Shown: piece after piece, positions 42,125-55,887 of the stretch
How the letters are laid out: each line of letters opens with the position of its first letter
Position numbering within the stretch: position 1 is the first letter of the stretch
From: Tubiluchus corallicola
Lineage: Eukaryota; Animalia; Priapulida
Assembly (NCBI GenBank): GCA_030141605.1
Contig: JAQGDQ010000043.1
Coordinates: forward strand, 434,001-498,000
Direction: 5' to 3'
Length of the DNA: 64,000 bases
The notes under the pieces: generated by a model
Database searches by the model: none
What the model saw: only the letters and a program-made list of their open reading frames with translations
What the model was told of the DNA's origin: nothing
Made by a program: the position numbers and the translations under genes

Positions 42125-42759
42125 CTGTTTAAAAAACAGCATTTCAACATGTAGTACGAAACAACCTATAATTTTTTTTATAACAACCAGATACAACTGG
42201 CGTAAAGTGGCATAAAGGTAGACAGAATGCCGGCACTTTTGCAATGTAAGGTGGTCTATAAATATAAACATGTGCAAATACTTTGGGAATATATCTCTTG
42301 CAAGAGTGTGTGAACACCCAAGTATATCATCCAAAACCGGTAAAAGATTAAAAGCAACATCCATTCAGCTTTTTTTACTACACCGTTGGCTATATTCCGT
42401 CGACAAATTTGATTTTGATGTATGGTTAGCAGTTAATGGTTTCTGTTAATTAAAAAGAGCTTGAGCAATATGGAACATAAACCTGTTCCGAACAATCAGC
42501 AAAGTTCTGTTATCTCTTTAACTTTCCCTACTTGAATTTTCCCATTCATATTGTGCTCCGCCAGAGCTGTATAATACAATACGTACGTAAACTCTAACTA
42601 CTTCTTCATAATGGTTGTGACATTATAACCACGCATTACTTTACGGTTTTCTAACTGCATAGTTCGAACTTACAAATGAGGATGACACAGGACGATGTGA
42701 CAACCGAAGCATTTCGTGACTTTGGTTTGATAGTATTAATATGTTTTATGCGATCGTTC

Positions 42760-43300
42760 TGAATTGAATTGAATTGAATTTATTTGCCTCACACATAAAA
42801 AGCTATAACAAGAGATCATAATTTTATGGGATTACATAATTAGTATGAGATACGGGGTCGAGATAGACTAAACAGTCACCGAGCACCCACCACTCACTCA
42901 TAACCCCTAATTAATAACATTATGGTAGAGTTAGTGGCATGAGCAGGGCATTCGTATGCAGTTTATCATAAAAATTAAACATAGGATGGAAAACTAATAT
43001 ACGTGTAACAAAATCGTAGCAACAAGAATGCCGCACTAGAAACAATTAAAATTGCAACAATAAAATAATGTCAAAATGATAATCAGTAAACTGTAATGAC
43101 TATACATAAGCTAACTGTTATTAAGTGAAAAAATAAACCAAACAGAATACTAATTTTAATAATGAACAGCAAAATATCAAAAGAAAAATAACAATGCAAG
43201 TACAGCATAATATAAACAACATGCAAATCAAAAGTGAAAATAGACAATGAAACTTAATAACGAAAAGCAAAATGAAACGGGTGTTACAGCGTAATTTTTA
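42760..43300 (-). mobile_element. Probable 3' end of a LINE/SINE with (ATTCA)n tail
   Basis: Minus strand ends aataaattcaattcaattcaattc, preceded by a GC stem-loop-like segment and a T-rich 3' UTR-like stretch. Confidence 0.4.
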
Positions 43301-43830
43301 TTTGCGCTATGAAATTTTTATCAGTAGTGAGATTCAGTTCTATTACACAGATAATTGTTAGCATCAATATTATAAGTTTTTATTCTACTCAACATCACTG
43401 TTCAACAAGAACCAGTTTATTTGGTTTTAAATTGTTTACTGCTGTAAATATAATCAATCAAAATAAGAAACAAACTGCAATTAACCACTATGAAAATGTT
43501 GTTGAAACCATTCAAAAGTAGGGTGACCATTAGGTTGGTACAAGTGGAAGTAAAATTAGGTCTAATTAGATGAAATTAAGTGCCTCACATGGTTGTATTT
43601 TTTACAGTTCAATAAATAATGTGTACCCACAAGAATAAGCACTATCTAACTCAACGTTATTGGCAACTACATCAGCGTTCAGCCTGCTACATTTCATTCT
43701 GATTCAGTTATTTGCCCAAACTATAAACCTTATCCCCCGTCACCAAATGCATATTAGCTGTTCCTGAGCAGTGAACAACCATAGTTACAATCAAAATTTT
43801 CTAACAGCTTGATTAATTTTTTCAACTTAC

Positions 43831-43918
43831 TTGTTTGACACTTCTGCACATGAAACTCCAAAGCACATCACAAGTATCAGTGCAAAAACACCAAAACGTC
43901 TTTGCAAAAATAACAACT
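43831..43918 (-). CDS. burs: Bursicon-alpha-like protein, exon 2 (signal peptide)
   Basis: tttttatttcag|AG TTG...AAC AA|gtaagt, phase 1-2: LLFLQRRFGVFALILVMCFGVSCA-EVSN, a basic n-region, hydrophobic core and small-residue cleavage site. Confidence 0.75.
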
Positions 43919-46900
43919 CTGAAATAAAAACGAAAACAATGAATAAAATAATCTTCAAAATTATAGTTGCAGCAAAAATGATAGTACACAATGATTTCTT
44001 CTATATTTATCGTGCTGAAATTTATATCCTTTTTCAGTATAGCAGAGTGAGTGTATCTGCAAACGGCCTGGGAGGGTAGATTTTTGACGTCCTGTGATAA
44101 CTCCACTGGCTCCGAATTTTAAATTTTATAAAAAATAAATTATAACAACTAAGTAAGCTCTTCCCTTTATAAGCTATCCGATTTTAACTTGACTTCCTTT
44201 TTGGCATAATTTTGCTTTGTGCAAATTTTTTATGTAGGCGTAGACTATACTTAGACATGAAATGAACGTAATTAACCAACATCAAAGGTAATGTCACCGC
44301 CATAGTTACCCCACTGAGAGGTATGAATGAGAGAGAAATGTCATAACTAATAATAACACATCATCATGTCGCAGTTCAGTTTTATTTGTTATAACTTTAA
44401 CGTGTATTCTAACCTTTCTAACAAAGTAAGTTAAAGGATTACGTAGTTTTTTGTCTTTTTTCAAGCTGTTCTGGATCTTTCACTGCACTGAATAAAATCA
44501 ATGACGCTTATGACAATCCAATAAATAATGCCCTGCATCCTCAAGTGATTATTTCCTCAGCGTGGTTGGAGACTAAACCAACTTCACTCTGCTACGATGC
44601 AACCTTTCATTCCGCTATATGCGTACTTGTCAAATTATAGACCAGCTGGAAGCCTTTTTGAAACGGATTCAACATCATTGGGTTTCAAACTATTAGTATC
44701 CCTCTTATCCATGACACTCAAATTATTCCACATAAAACAGCTTTTAAAAAACGTTTTTACCATTAAAATTTATAAAAACAAACATTAGTAAAATCACGGA
44801 AGCATACTACACTAAATTAAAACCAGACGTAGTGACTATAAATAATTATACTACTGTTTAGTTTTTAATAAAGTCTATTCTCATAAATGTGTTCCATGAT
44901 TTGTTTCTGTCTTTGCCATTTACATTCATTGCAGATTGTTGCATGTAATCTTTCTCTCTCCTCTCTTTTATCTGTCCCCCCTCTCTCACTCTCTTTCTAC
45001 TTACTCACTCACTCCTTGTCATTGTCGCGCAACATAGTGTATCTCAAAAACTGAAAATTTATCAGATGTTTGTATTACATTCACATCCGACATGATAAAC
45101 CAGTGACGTAAACTAGGTGATTTAAATGCATAAATTTTAATGGGATTTCATGCTTTGTTAAGCGCAGTAAGTAAAGCGTAGGAGATGTATGATGCATCAG
45201 TTATCCAGAAGCCAAACCAGAGTTAATAAAAAATTTCTCTCTGCACAGTCACAGAATGTATAGAACATTAAATACTGTTACATATGTGGTGTCTTCGTCA
45301 GTTGTGTTTAAGCGCCACAATTTACAGGGATTCAGTATGTGTTACATACACTAAGATGCATGTGGGCGGAGCTGCATAGCTTTAGCGGATCACAATACAA
45401 ATGGGAAATTCTAAGTCAATAGGGTAATTGGATAGAATTTTGTTGATTGCTTAAAGTAGGTTTATGTTCCATAATGCTATAGCTCTCTTTAATTAAGAGT
45501 AACCATTTGCTGTTGGCAATACATAAGGCATCAAAATCAACTTTCTGGCAAGATGGTACGTTATAGCTAACAATGCCGTCAGAAACAACGGATCGGGTGG
45601 GTGCTTTAAGTTTTTTAACTGTTTCGTCAGAAATGCCAAGGTGTTCATACACTCGTTTTTATAAGTAGATGCTTTAAATGTCTTCCTAATGTATGTATTT
45701 TTTTATTTATTATTTAAATTTATTGAATATTAATTTATCAATAAATTTATTGCTAATTATTAAAATTAGTTGTACCGTTGGAGCTACTGTAGTTGCTATA
45801 GACCACCTTAGACTGCAAAAGTGTCAGTATTTTGTCTTTAAAAGAGAAAAATAAACCCTGTGTTAAAACTTTGGTGTCTAGAATCAACATCAGAAATTAT
45901 TTGGCTTTGAACGTCTACGTGTTTTGTGGTTTACATATGTAAATTGATAAATAATTCAGAGGTGGTAGTTTTGCCGCTCCAGTGTTATTTAGCACTTTAA
46001 ACATTTATTTTCGTCCGCTACACACATCTTGCTTATTATAACAGTGTTAAGCATTCTCGGCAACTAATCCAAGCTAAACTAACTCTAATTAAACAGCACA
46101 GTAACATCTGTGGTCGAGAAAGGTTAACCTTCTGACTATTGTTAAGATTGATATTTATAGGATTCTAATAACGGCAACACTGACAATGCGATTTACAAGT
46201 AATTTGATACTGACGTCAAATAAAGAAACAAAATAATCAGATAAAGGCGAGTGCGTAGTTAATTAAGCCAGGTAAACGGTATACAGGTACTTGAGATCGA
46301 CAGGTGCGTGGAAGTTTTGCATTGGAAAAATCAGACTTTACTAATAGCTATTCTACCCTTTAAAGAAACAACAGTAGAGTTCTTGCCTGAAATTCAACAA
46401 GATGTCCACAACTTGAGCCCTACAGTAAACGATGTCAATCAATTCAATTTAAAGTAGGGCATTGCTATGGGTAACTCAGCACTGCACAAGGGTTTTGTAA
46501 TGTATTAACAGACGGAAGGTCAAAGAAGTATCCATATGCAATTGTGAAAAAGAATAAAAAGCAAATTTAATGCAGGTGCAGGATTACGTTAAAAAACTGG
46601 AATACATGATGAGTTACATCAGTATCGAAAATTATGCTTCCAAGTTTCACTTTTTTACTGTCGCTATGTATTTCAGCTATTCTGAAACTTACGTTTTAAA
46701 ACTTATTTTTTTCTAGTTTAATTTTAAACTTGAGATATTTCAGCCTTCGTTATGGTCTTTGGCATGTTTTTGAACTATGAGACGCATCTTTACTTTTAAA
46801 AATAAGCGATTCTTTTAGCTACACAAAACCCCAAACAAGTTCCGTGTATTGACTCACAAACTGCATAGCAATGTTGGAAGAAAACAAAAGCACAGTATTC

Positions 46901-47004
46901 AATTCAGTTTACAGTAATTCATTTTGAAAGAATTCCGCTAAAATGTGACATAACACTGATGAAGGTGATGAATATCCACAGCAAGTATAGCGGATGCCAC
47001 TTTC

Positions 47005-47090
47005 AAGACCGAGTATTGAACCCGCATGTGACCGATAAATTTACTAATTTTAACCAGATCCCATACTGCTTAACCTCACAGCTAAGCATC
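47005..47090 (-). mobile_element. tRNA-derived SINE head remnant
   Basis: Minus strand TAGCTGTGAGGTTAAGC (A-box-like) ... GGGTTCAATAC (B-box). Confidence 0.35.
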
Positions 47091-47967
47091 AATCGTGACA
47101 ACCCGGCTTTTATCTTCGCCTAAGACGCCGTTCATGAAAAATGATTTTCGCTTTCGCATTCAAAATACTCGCTGCAGTGCATTGAGAAAAGATGCGGATA
47201 GACCGTGATTGTTGAATAGACTATGCGTCTCAGTGGTTATCAAGTCATATTGTTGTAGGATTAGCTCAAGTAATTTCTAATAATCGCTTTGCAATAATCA
47301 CGTAACCTGAGAGGAAGGAGCTGGACGGCTTAGTTTACGGAAGAAGCCACCACAAATCAGGAACGAAAGCCAAGCAAAAACAAAATGCCGGGCGGTTTCC
47401 CAGTCTTTGCTTAAACAAATAAAATCACAAAATTGACTTTATTTGCAGTGAAAAGTGAAATGTTTTAAAGCCAGAAAAATAAGCATTTTAGCAATTAAGC
47501 TGGCAAAGTACAGTACATAGAGGAAGTAGTCGAAAATGGCGTCGTATTTTTATTTGAATTTTCTGAAAAATTTGATTTTAATGCGAGTACCACATATTCA
47601 TAAATATTGTCAATAATATAATATATGGCAAAACTTTGGGAAACATATAGTAGTTGCAATATTCACACAGCTTACCCTATTATAAAATGGTTTACATTAA
47701 TTGTTAATTCAAAGGTTGACTTTTTAGTAAAGATTACTATTATTATTATATATGAAGTAGATCATAAGCAAACCGACTGTTAGATTAATAATAATTATTC
47801 ATGATTAGCCAGCTGTCATGTTTATTAATTGCTGGGGTCTACTATAGGCCTACATGTTACCATCTATTTTTAAAATAAAATCTTTTCTTTTTCTTCAAAT
47901 GTTTTTAGCTCAGAATAAAACTAGGTGAAGTTATCTATCCAACCATTCACGAAATGTATGGAATCCG

Positions 47968-48671
47968 TGCTAGTGCAGGACAAGATTTACTGTGCCTTGA
48001 AGCAATGCTAGTTTAGGGCAAGACTTACTGTTACTGGAAGCAGTGTTTGTAAAGGGCAAGACTTACTGAGCCTAGAAGAGGTGCTAGTATAGGGCAAGAA
48101 GGTACTTTAACTGGAAGCAGTAACAGTGCAGGGCAAGACCTACTATACCTGGAAGCAGTGATAGTGCAGGGCAAAGCTTACTGTGCCTGGAAGCAATTAT
48201 AGAGTAGGGCAAGGCTTACTGTGCCTGGAAGCAGTGCTAGTGCAGGGCAATACTTACTGTGTCTGGAAGCAGGGCTAGAGTAGGGCAAGACCTACTGTAC
48301 ATGGAAGCAATGCTAGAGCAGGGCAATGCTTTCTGTGCCTGGAAGCAGTGCTAGTGCAGGGCAATACTTACTGTGCCTGGAAGCAGGGCTAGAGTAGGGC
48401 AAGACCTACTGTACATGAAAGCAATGCTAGAGCAGGGCAATGCTTTCTGTGCCTGGAAGCAGTGCTAGTGCAGGGCAATACTTACTGTGCCTGGAAGCAA
48501 TGCTAGAGCAGGGCAACGCTTACTGTACCTGGAAGCAGTGCTAGTGCAGGGCAATACTTACTGTGCCTGGAAGCAGTGCTAATGCAGGAAAAGACCTACT
48601 GTGCCTGGAAGCAGTGCTAGTACATGGAAAGGCTTACTGTGCCTGGAAGCAGTGCTAGTGCAGGGCAATAC
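47968..48671. repeat. 38-bp minisatellite, about 18 copies
   Basis: Unit cagggcaatacttactgtgcctggaagcagtgctagtg repeated head-to-tail without spacers. Confidence 0.95.
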
Positions 48672-49225
48672 ATTTTAATAAAATTACGTATGTGATGTAT
48701 ATTTTTAATAGTGTTTAAGTGAATTGCGTTTCCAGCCGATGATATAAGACTGAAATTATGTGAAAATCTATGTTATACGGCTATGTTAAACGTCTGTAAA
48801 CCGCGAAATGTGTCACAAAGAAAGCTAAAAATAAACAAGAATGGTAAAATAACATTATTTTTAACTATATGTAATAATATACACATGACAAGATCAGCCT
48901 AAAAAGAAAAGTTGAACACTCAGGTACCAAAAATGGAGTAAATCTAACCAAACGACAACACAAAATACAGTATAATGACCGATTAAATTTTTCCAATAAT
49001 CACTTGCCAAAAACCACTAGATGTTCCAAGTTTGACAAAACGGCAGTGGATTAATGGTGACTTTGGCTAGTATTGCATTTATTAATGATTCGTAATTATG
49101 AAGAAAAATAATTGTAAGCCTAAATTTTGCAATTAATTTGACTTAAAGCATGTAGCAGGGACAAATTCTGGACACAAATTAACAAACAAACATACTGACA
49201 TTCTGAAAACCACTAACAAACTTAC

Positions 49226-49253
49226 CCGGAATGAGGTGATGTACGGAGGTCAT
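49226..49253 (-). CDS. burs: Bursicon-alpha-like protein, putative first coding exon (MTSVHHLIP)
   Basis: ATG ACC TCC GTA CAT CAC CTC ATT CCG G|gtaagt gives the phase-1 donor required by exon 2; an NRF1-type motif lies about 90 bp upstream. Confidence 0.55.
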
Positions 49254-49339
49254 TCCGTTGATTGGCTTCTTCACATACTCTCCTCAACAGAGAAAATTGT
49301 AAGTCTAATTACCTCTAATATTATTATAACTACCATTAC

Positions 49340-49351
49340 TGCGCATGCGCA
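49340..49351. promoter_or_regulatory. Perfect NRF1/ewg-type palindrome TGCGCATGCGCA
   Basis: Exact 12-mer about 90 bp upstream of the putative ATG at 49253. Confidence 0.5.
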
Positions 49352-51289
49352 CAGAGAAAGCAGCTCGTAGTAATAAGACTTATTAAACTCAGACCACCTT
49401 CAGCATTACTAGCACACGGATAACATGGATGCGTTGTGATGCAATTAAACACATTGGAGCAGATTTAGAATTCATTTTTACCCAGGAGCGGATCTAGGAG
49501 AACCCAGGCATGTTTATGTCAGGCATACAGTTTTCAATTTTTTGAGCCGTATTAACTCACAAACGCAGATAGCTAGAATCACAGTTAAAGCTTACAGGGT
49601 GGATACCTGGAAAGGGTAAACAGTGATTTCGATCAATGGATGAAGGACGCTGGACATTGATTAGTTTTTTTATTGTCATTCAACTCCTCTTAGGGCTTTG
49701 AGTTAACTTCAATTTTTTTTCATAAGTACATGTATTAATGTAAGGTAGATGCGTTCCTGTGTTTTATAAAAAAAGTTGGGATTCTTTAATTAAGCGCCCG
49801 AGATACAAGCGAAATGCGTAACACGTAACTCTAAAGCTATAGTAGTGAATAAAGTTACGAAACATGCAGTGAAGGAAGCTGGGGAGGGAGCTGAGACAGT
49901 GGTATGGTGGAAAAGGCCGGCGTTCTTTAAGGACCCGAGATAAGATTCAAACTGTAGAAATTGGGGCAATGAGCTTTTATTCATGTTAGCTTGCAAACGC
50001 AGAGGGTATAGATCATATAGTCAAGAAACTTGCAGGGACACATACCTGGGATAGGGCCTTTAAGGATGGTATGGCTCGCAGTGACCTGGACAAAGGGTCA
50101 AAGACACTGGCCTTCGATGTAAATTCAGTTTAGGTATTGTTGGTTAATAAACTACAACCACACTCGACCAGCTTTAATCAAGTGTAAACATGACATTTGT
50201 GTTAAGCTGGCGGATTTGAATTCACTCAGTCCTATTAATTATGCAAGTTCTTAGACATATTTTCTTGTAATAAATTAGCTCTTACACAAAGACTTGAAAT
50301 TTGAAGGATGAAAATCTATGAGCATCTGCACAAAATATCACAAAGGGTTGATCCTGTATCACTAGACAACTAAATCCACTTCAAGTTCCTTATGTATATC
50401 TTCTATGTGATGCAGCCTATGATTATCTTCTAAAGTTACTTATAATTATGCATTACAGTTAATTAATACTTAATGAGAATACCGCGGTATTCTCCATTGT
50501 TAGCGTTACAATCTAAAATTCACAATTTGTGCTCAAATTTTTTAATGGTCATATGAAACAACAGGAAATGCACGAACGTAATATAAATGAAAACAATTAT
50601 AAACTGTAATGCATAATCCGCACATCCTTCAGGTAACTTTCATGTTTGAAATTGCCAACAGTCTAAACGCGTACCACAGTTTCAGCTAACGTTACTTTTC
50701 TGATATTCCTGACTGCTGCCTTTGCATGCCAGTGAAATGACTGAATTGCCCAAAATTTTGCAAAGAGGAGGTTTTGTCGAAATGTTTGTACAGCAATATT
50801 TTCCACATGCACATACAGGCACAATGATTTCCACATACAGTTATGGGCGCAAGGAATGTTGGATTAAGTTTCTTGATTTCCTACAATACTAGAAAATAGT
50901 GGTGGTAAATTTTTTTGAACTCAAAGGGCAAATCAGAAGCTCTCTATTCATGCCAACTGGTGGCTTTTTGTAACACGCATTGTCTAATGCAGTAAAGTTA
51001 CTACTTCTTTCACCAGTGAATTATGTAACCTCTACAAGTGAGATACAGTAGTGAAGCATACGAAAATAAATAAACGCAGGTATCAATAAGTCTATGTGGC
51101 AAATGTCTAAAATTACAGTAAAGTGTATGGAGTCATCGTGATTGTAAAAATTTAGCAAAATATAGGGAGCTAGTATGGCAGCATAATGTACAATGCCATA
51201 TTGAGTTTCAATCTAAAAGTTTAACAGACGTGGGGAACCACAAAGACTCTGAAAGTGCTGAAGGATGTGAGAAGTGGAGTCCCAAGGTA

Positions 51290-51925
51290 CGACAAGATTT
51301 GAAGTGCCAAGTGGAGTTTGAAGGTCTACGAAGATGTGTGGAGCCAGCTGTAAGGAAGCTTTGTGAATCTGAAACTATGTGGAATCTGACAGAGTAGCAA
51401 AATTGGTACGGTTATGTGGAATCTGAAAAAGTGGCAAGATGGGTGAAGCTACGTGGAATCTGAAAGTGTAGCAAGATGGATGAAGCTGCATTGTATCTGA
51501 AAGCGTAGCAAGACGGGTGAAACTGTGTTAATATGAAAGTGTAGGATGATGGATGAAGCTGTGTAGAATCTGAAAATGTAGTAAAATGGGTGAAGCTGTG
51601 TTGTATCTGAAAGTGTAGCAAGACGGGTGAAACTGTGTTGAATCTGAAAGTGTAGGATAATGGATGAAGCTGTGTTGTATCTGAAAGTGTAACAAGACGG
51701 GTGAAACTGTGTTGGATCTGAAAGTGCAGCAAGATGTGTGAAGCCATATTGAATATGAAAGTATAGCAAGATGGGTGATGCTGTGTTGGATCATAAAGTG
51801 TAGCAAGATGGATGCAGATAAGTGTAATCTGAAGATGCAGCAAGATATGTGGGGCTACGTGGAATGTGTAAGTGTAGCACAATATGTGGGGCTATGTGGA
51901 ATGTGATAGTGTAGCACGATATGTG
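51290..51925. repeat. About 37-bp minisatellite
   Basis: Unit tgaaagtgtagcaagacgggtgaaactgtgttgaatc repeated head-to-tail, degenerate at both edges. Confidence 0.93.
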
Positions 51926-52262
51926 GAAATCAAGAAAATCAACTATATGAGTACATACAAAAGCACTGTGTTTACTCTTTGTTAGTACAGATCAGACCAA
52001 CTTATTTAACAACAAAAAACATTAAATATATCAGGTATAAGTGTAGTAAAAATATTAATATTGGTTAACATGACAACAAATCGTTATTTTGAATATTGCA
52101 AACAAACTGTGCAATGCATACAAAACTAATCATGATACTTACTTGAATGCAAATCAAAACTACAAAAATGATCAAGCTAATTACGTGCAGTTTATAAATT
52201 ATCTGTGTATTTGCAAAATAAAAGAATTACAAATGTACATTTATGATGACAACGAATTTTGC

Positions 52263-52336
52263 TTATTCCTCTTCAGAATCTATACTGTTGATGGAGGACA
52301 GTGCAGACCGTTCTTTATGTTTATTTCGAGTTGATT
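52263..52336 (-). CDS. SGO1: Shugoshin, probable terminal exon
   Basis: ttttattctag|AA TCA...GAA TAA, phase 1 matching the preceding donor: (K)STRNKHKERSALSSINSIDSEEE*. Confidence 0.6.
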
Positions 52337-52541
52337 CTAGAATAAAAATTTTAATATTTCAGGAAATACCACGAAAAAACTTAATCAGATCACAAAAACA
52401 AAATGTAGAGGTTAAATTGTTGTTGATGTAAAATAGTTAGAAAGGACTACTGACAAAATGGTTAATACAGATGAAGACTCTTGTCACCGTGGCAACACAT
52501 CAATAAATAGCCAACACATAACCAATGCATATCAACATACA

Positions 52542-53937
52542 CAGTGGTGTAGCTAAGGGGGGAGGGGGGAGAGGGCAGACCGCCCCAGGTGGCACTTTTC
52601 AGAGGGCAGCACTTTGATCAAGTACATTGAAAAAGTTAATTCTGTCACAACAGGGAAAAGGCAAAACAGTTTATTCACAAAAATATAGCGCCTCTTGTCA
52701 TAGCAATAAAGGAAGATGATTAGTAATCCAATACCACTGTAATATTAATTTTGTAACATAATTTGTTGTTGTTTTCAAACTTTCTGGCACAGTACACCAC
52801 CCTGTGCATTAACAGTGAAACACATACATTTAATTTTATAATCACACTTTCCTCTGTTAACATTTGGAGAAACCTTTGAGCATCGTAACTTTTAAGTATG
52901 CAGGGAGAATTTCTTCACAAGAAAATTTTCTCAGTACAGTAGGACCTTCATATATCCGGACTACAGAATTTATCCAAACCAACATATCTAGATAAAGAGA
53001 TAACTAGATAGACTAGATAACAAAAATTGCAATTCAACGTTTTTATCCATTTTAACCTTAATACTATACAGCATAATGCAAAGTGTATTGAGATGTTCTG
53101 CACATGCCCACCTTTCTTGCTGCTGTTGTTTAGTAAAAGAAACTTTTTATCTTTTCTGAAGAAAAATTGACTAAAAGACCCACTATTTATCAAATCTGCG
53201 GTAATTGTAACATTAACTACACTTGCGCATATAACTTTAAGCATCTTATACAGTAACTGGATGGACTACTGGGCACGAATACACTATAAAAAAGGAATAA
53301 TATATAAAACTGAAAGGATGATTTAATTGGATTACATAGTTTAACAGGGTGACGGTTTGTTGAGTATGAAGCTAGACATTCCAACTTTCCCAATTTAATT
53401 GAGAGACTCCCAAACTAATAGTAACCTTAATTCCTTTTCCCCCGTTTTGGAATATTTCTCCTAATTTTCCATCAATTGTTCCTTCAACTTAAAGATCACA
53501 CCTAATGCGATCAAGTGAGATAGAAGATCCCCCACCTTTTCCCAAAATGGAATCGCCCATCTGCCCGCTAGAGAACACAGCAGGTATAATGGCCCTAGTA
53601 ATACCAACACCCCAGATTAAAAACATAATTTAAAGCTTTTGGCCAATGAAGCCACTGAAGTGCAAGCTCAACAAGTTTGAGATTAAAAATTATGCCAAGC
53701 TCTTAATAAATTGATATGATAAGCCATTGTTAAAGCAAACTAGGTAACATTATGCATTTTTAGGACTATTTGGACCTCTCAGAATCACACTGTCTCAGGC
53801 AATACTGCTAACTGTTACGAATCTTAAATCTAACTACGTATGCACGTAAAGATTTTCATCGGGGAGGGGGGGGGGAGGCGTCACTCAAGCGCCGCCCTGG
53901 GTGTCACAAGCTCTAACAAGCTCTAGCTATGCAACTG
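52542..53937. mobile_element. Non-autonomous hAT-type DNA transposon in the last shugoshin intron
   Basis: TIRs CAGTGGTGTAGCTA / TAGCTATGCAACTG, G-rich subterminal ccgccc..ggtg repeats, 8-bp TSD aacataca / aacacaca (7/8). Confidence 0.8.
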
Positions 53938-54289
53938 AACACACAATGATCATTTCAACACATAATGAGTATTTACTAGAAGTGAAAAATGTCTTCATTT
54001 CCTTCAGAGGAACCTCAGATGTTTGTTTCTCCAAGTCCTATTACAAAAAGCGAGTGCAATTAATTAATTACTATTTCAGCCACCAGATTGACCTTTGATG
54101 CTGCCAACCAGTAGCACAATTTTGTTACACATACTAACTCAAAAACAACTGACTAACCTTTATTCTTTACTGAAACGATGAAATCAGCCAAAAATTGACA
54201 TTATTTAATCTCATATCATTTCTGACAGGTAGGCGCACGTGTCTTGAAGCATATAAGGCTAATAAACACAAGAAATCACTGAAACTTAC

Positions 54290-54327
54290 TTGAAGACTTT
54301 GCAGTATTTTCTTCCTGTCGCAGTTTC
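54290..54327 (-). CDS. SGO1: Shugoshin exon (end of SGO motif)
   Basis: ttacag|G AAA CTG CGA CAG GAA...TCA A|gtaagt: (R)KLRQEENTAKSS. Confidence 0.8.
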
Positions 54328-54879
54328 CTGTAATTTTCAACAATAAAAATGATTTTGGAAAATACTGTTAGCCATTGATTTTGTAATGTAATGTGCATTA
54401 TAAAATGTTTCATCCTAGATGGGGCAAGGTGAATAGTCGAGTAGTGACTGTATGTCTTTAGCAACGGAAGTTAAACAATCTGAGCCTGGCCGGTGACTGG
54501 AGTGGTGACCGCCAGGCTTAATATTCATTTAGGCAGTTTCATCAGTCTTACTGTTGATGAATGTTTACTTTGTTGCAGGATGATGTAGCCAATTCTGAAT
54601 GTGGCCAAAAACTCTCTGCCAGCTCAGTGTTTTACCTTGAAAGATTGTACTTGATGAGCTAGATCCCAGCTCACCACCACCAACACCTATTTTGAACATG
54701 CTCTGTCATAAAGAACTGGAACACCAAATAAATTTAAATTGACTGCAGGATGCCATAATGTAAGAAGTGTCAAACTCGTAATCTTAAAATTTGAAAAATC
54801 TTGTTGCTGAAGTTTCCGGAACAGAAAATCATCGTAAAATAGCGAATACTAGTCTAGCATACTAGTTGTTAAATCTTAC

Positions 54880-55079
54880 CGTCCAAGTGAAGGTTCTTTA
54901 TAACAAATTTCTTTACGATATCGTCTAGGTCGGGCTCCATTGATATGTGCAACCCTTACTTCATTTTCTTTATCTGCATTTTCACTATGAGGTGACAGTT
55001 TTGTTGTTCGTTTTCTAGGTTCTAGTGGAGGTTTGTTCACCGCAACATCAGGTGTCAGAATATCAGGCTTTTCTGTAGG
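54880..55079 (-). CDS. SGO1: Shugoshin exon with KEN sequence and basic SGO motif
   Basis: gacag|CCT ACA...GGA CG|gtaaga: ...DKENE...RPRRYRKEICYKEPSLG(R). Joined to the next exon it gives RR....I.YKEPSL.RKLRQ, the shugoshin C-terminal motif. Confidence 0.85.
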
Positions 55080-55582
55080 CTGTCAATGAAATTTAATAAT
55101 ATAAATTAAGCAACTGCCAAAAATAACAAGAAATTTGCCCATTTATTCACTTAAAGGAAGAGGCAAGGGTCACAAACACATGATAGACCAGGTATTGTAA
55201 AACGTTAAGTAGAATCTTTTAGCAACAAATTGTTCAGTTTTACTCCATAGCAAAATGCCTGACAGCTGCATACATAGTCATGTCATAGTTAAATTACAGA
55301 TTTATGTTTGTTTTTCAGTCAAGCATGTAGTTCTGAGAAAACACTAGAATCCTGGTGGATCACTTGGTTTTTAGAGATTCAGCTTGTTAATATAAAATTA
55401 TTCTGCAGCAGTTGTGGAAATACAGTATATAAAGTCAGTCAATTATATATAACACCAGACATGAAATGATCACAACATTATGTTGATATATTAACTAATT
55501 ACACAAGCTTGTGTTGCATTACTTTAATTGAGTTTTAAGATTTCTCCCAAACATCCCAAACATCAAAATAAGCCAATCTTAC

Positions 55583-55636
55583 TGCAAGACTTGCCTTTGT
55601 CTTAGAATTACGAGCAACAAACTTACTAGAAACTAC
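55583..55636 (-). CDS. SGO1: Shugoshin small exon
   Basis: atccag|GTA...GCA|gtaaga, 54 nt, phase 0-0: VVSSKFVARNSKTKASLA. Confidence 0.7.
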
Positions 55637-55887
55637 CTGGATCAAACAGAAATTTGTTAATGATCAGCTTTTTTATTAATGAGGAATGAAGAGACTAATA
55701 TAGATAATCAAATTGTTTTAATTTTACATGTTAATTAATTAAATGACATTAATTACATTACTAACTCATCCAGTATGTCCAGTAACATAACTTAAAGTTT
55801 ATATTCATTTCTGCACAAAATGGTTGAAAACTGTTTCAACTAATAGTGATTTACCTTTTCACAAAATCACAGTAAGTAATTACTCAC

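Noticed and set aside
42674-42760. Alternative signal-peptide exon for the cystine-knot gene (ends at gtaagt)
   Set aside because: The phase-2 frame has an upstream stop with no ATG or good acceptor; 43831-43918 fits much better.
44636-44734. Short minus-strand ORF with two KR sites (neuropeptide-like)
   Set aside because: No signal peptide, no acceptor and no amidation pattern; likely chance in an intron.
47968-48671. CRISPR-like array of about 38-bp repeats (also 51290-51925 and 10670-11095)
   Set aside because: Units are contiguous with no unique spacers, there are no cas genes, and the context is a eukaryotic intron or intergenic region: minisatellites.
51412-51882. Repetitive His/Phe-rich ORFs in three frames
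   Set aside because: Products of a 37-bp tandem repeat (unit not a multiple of 3), with the same peptide cycling through frames.
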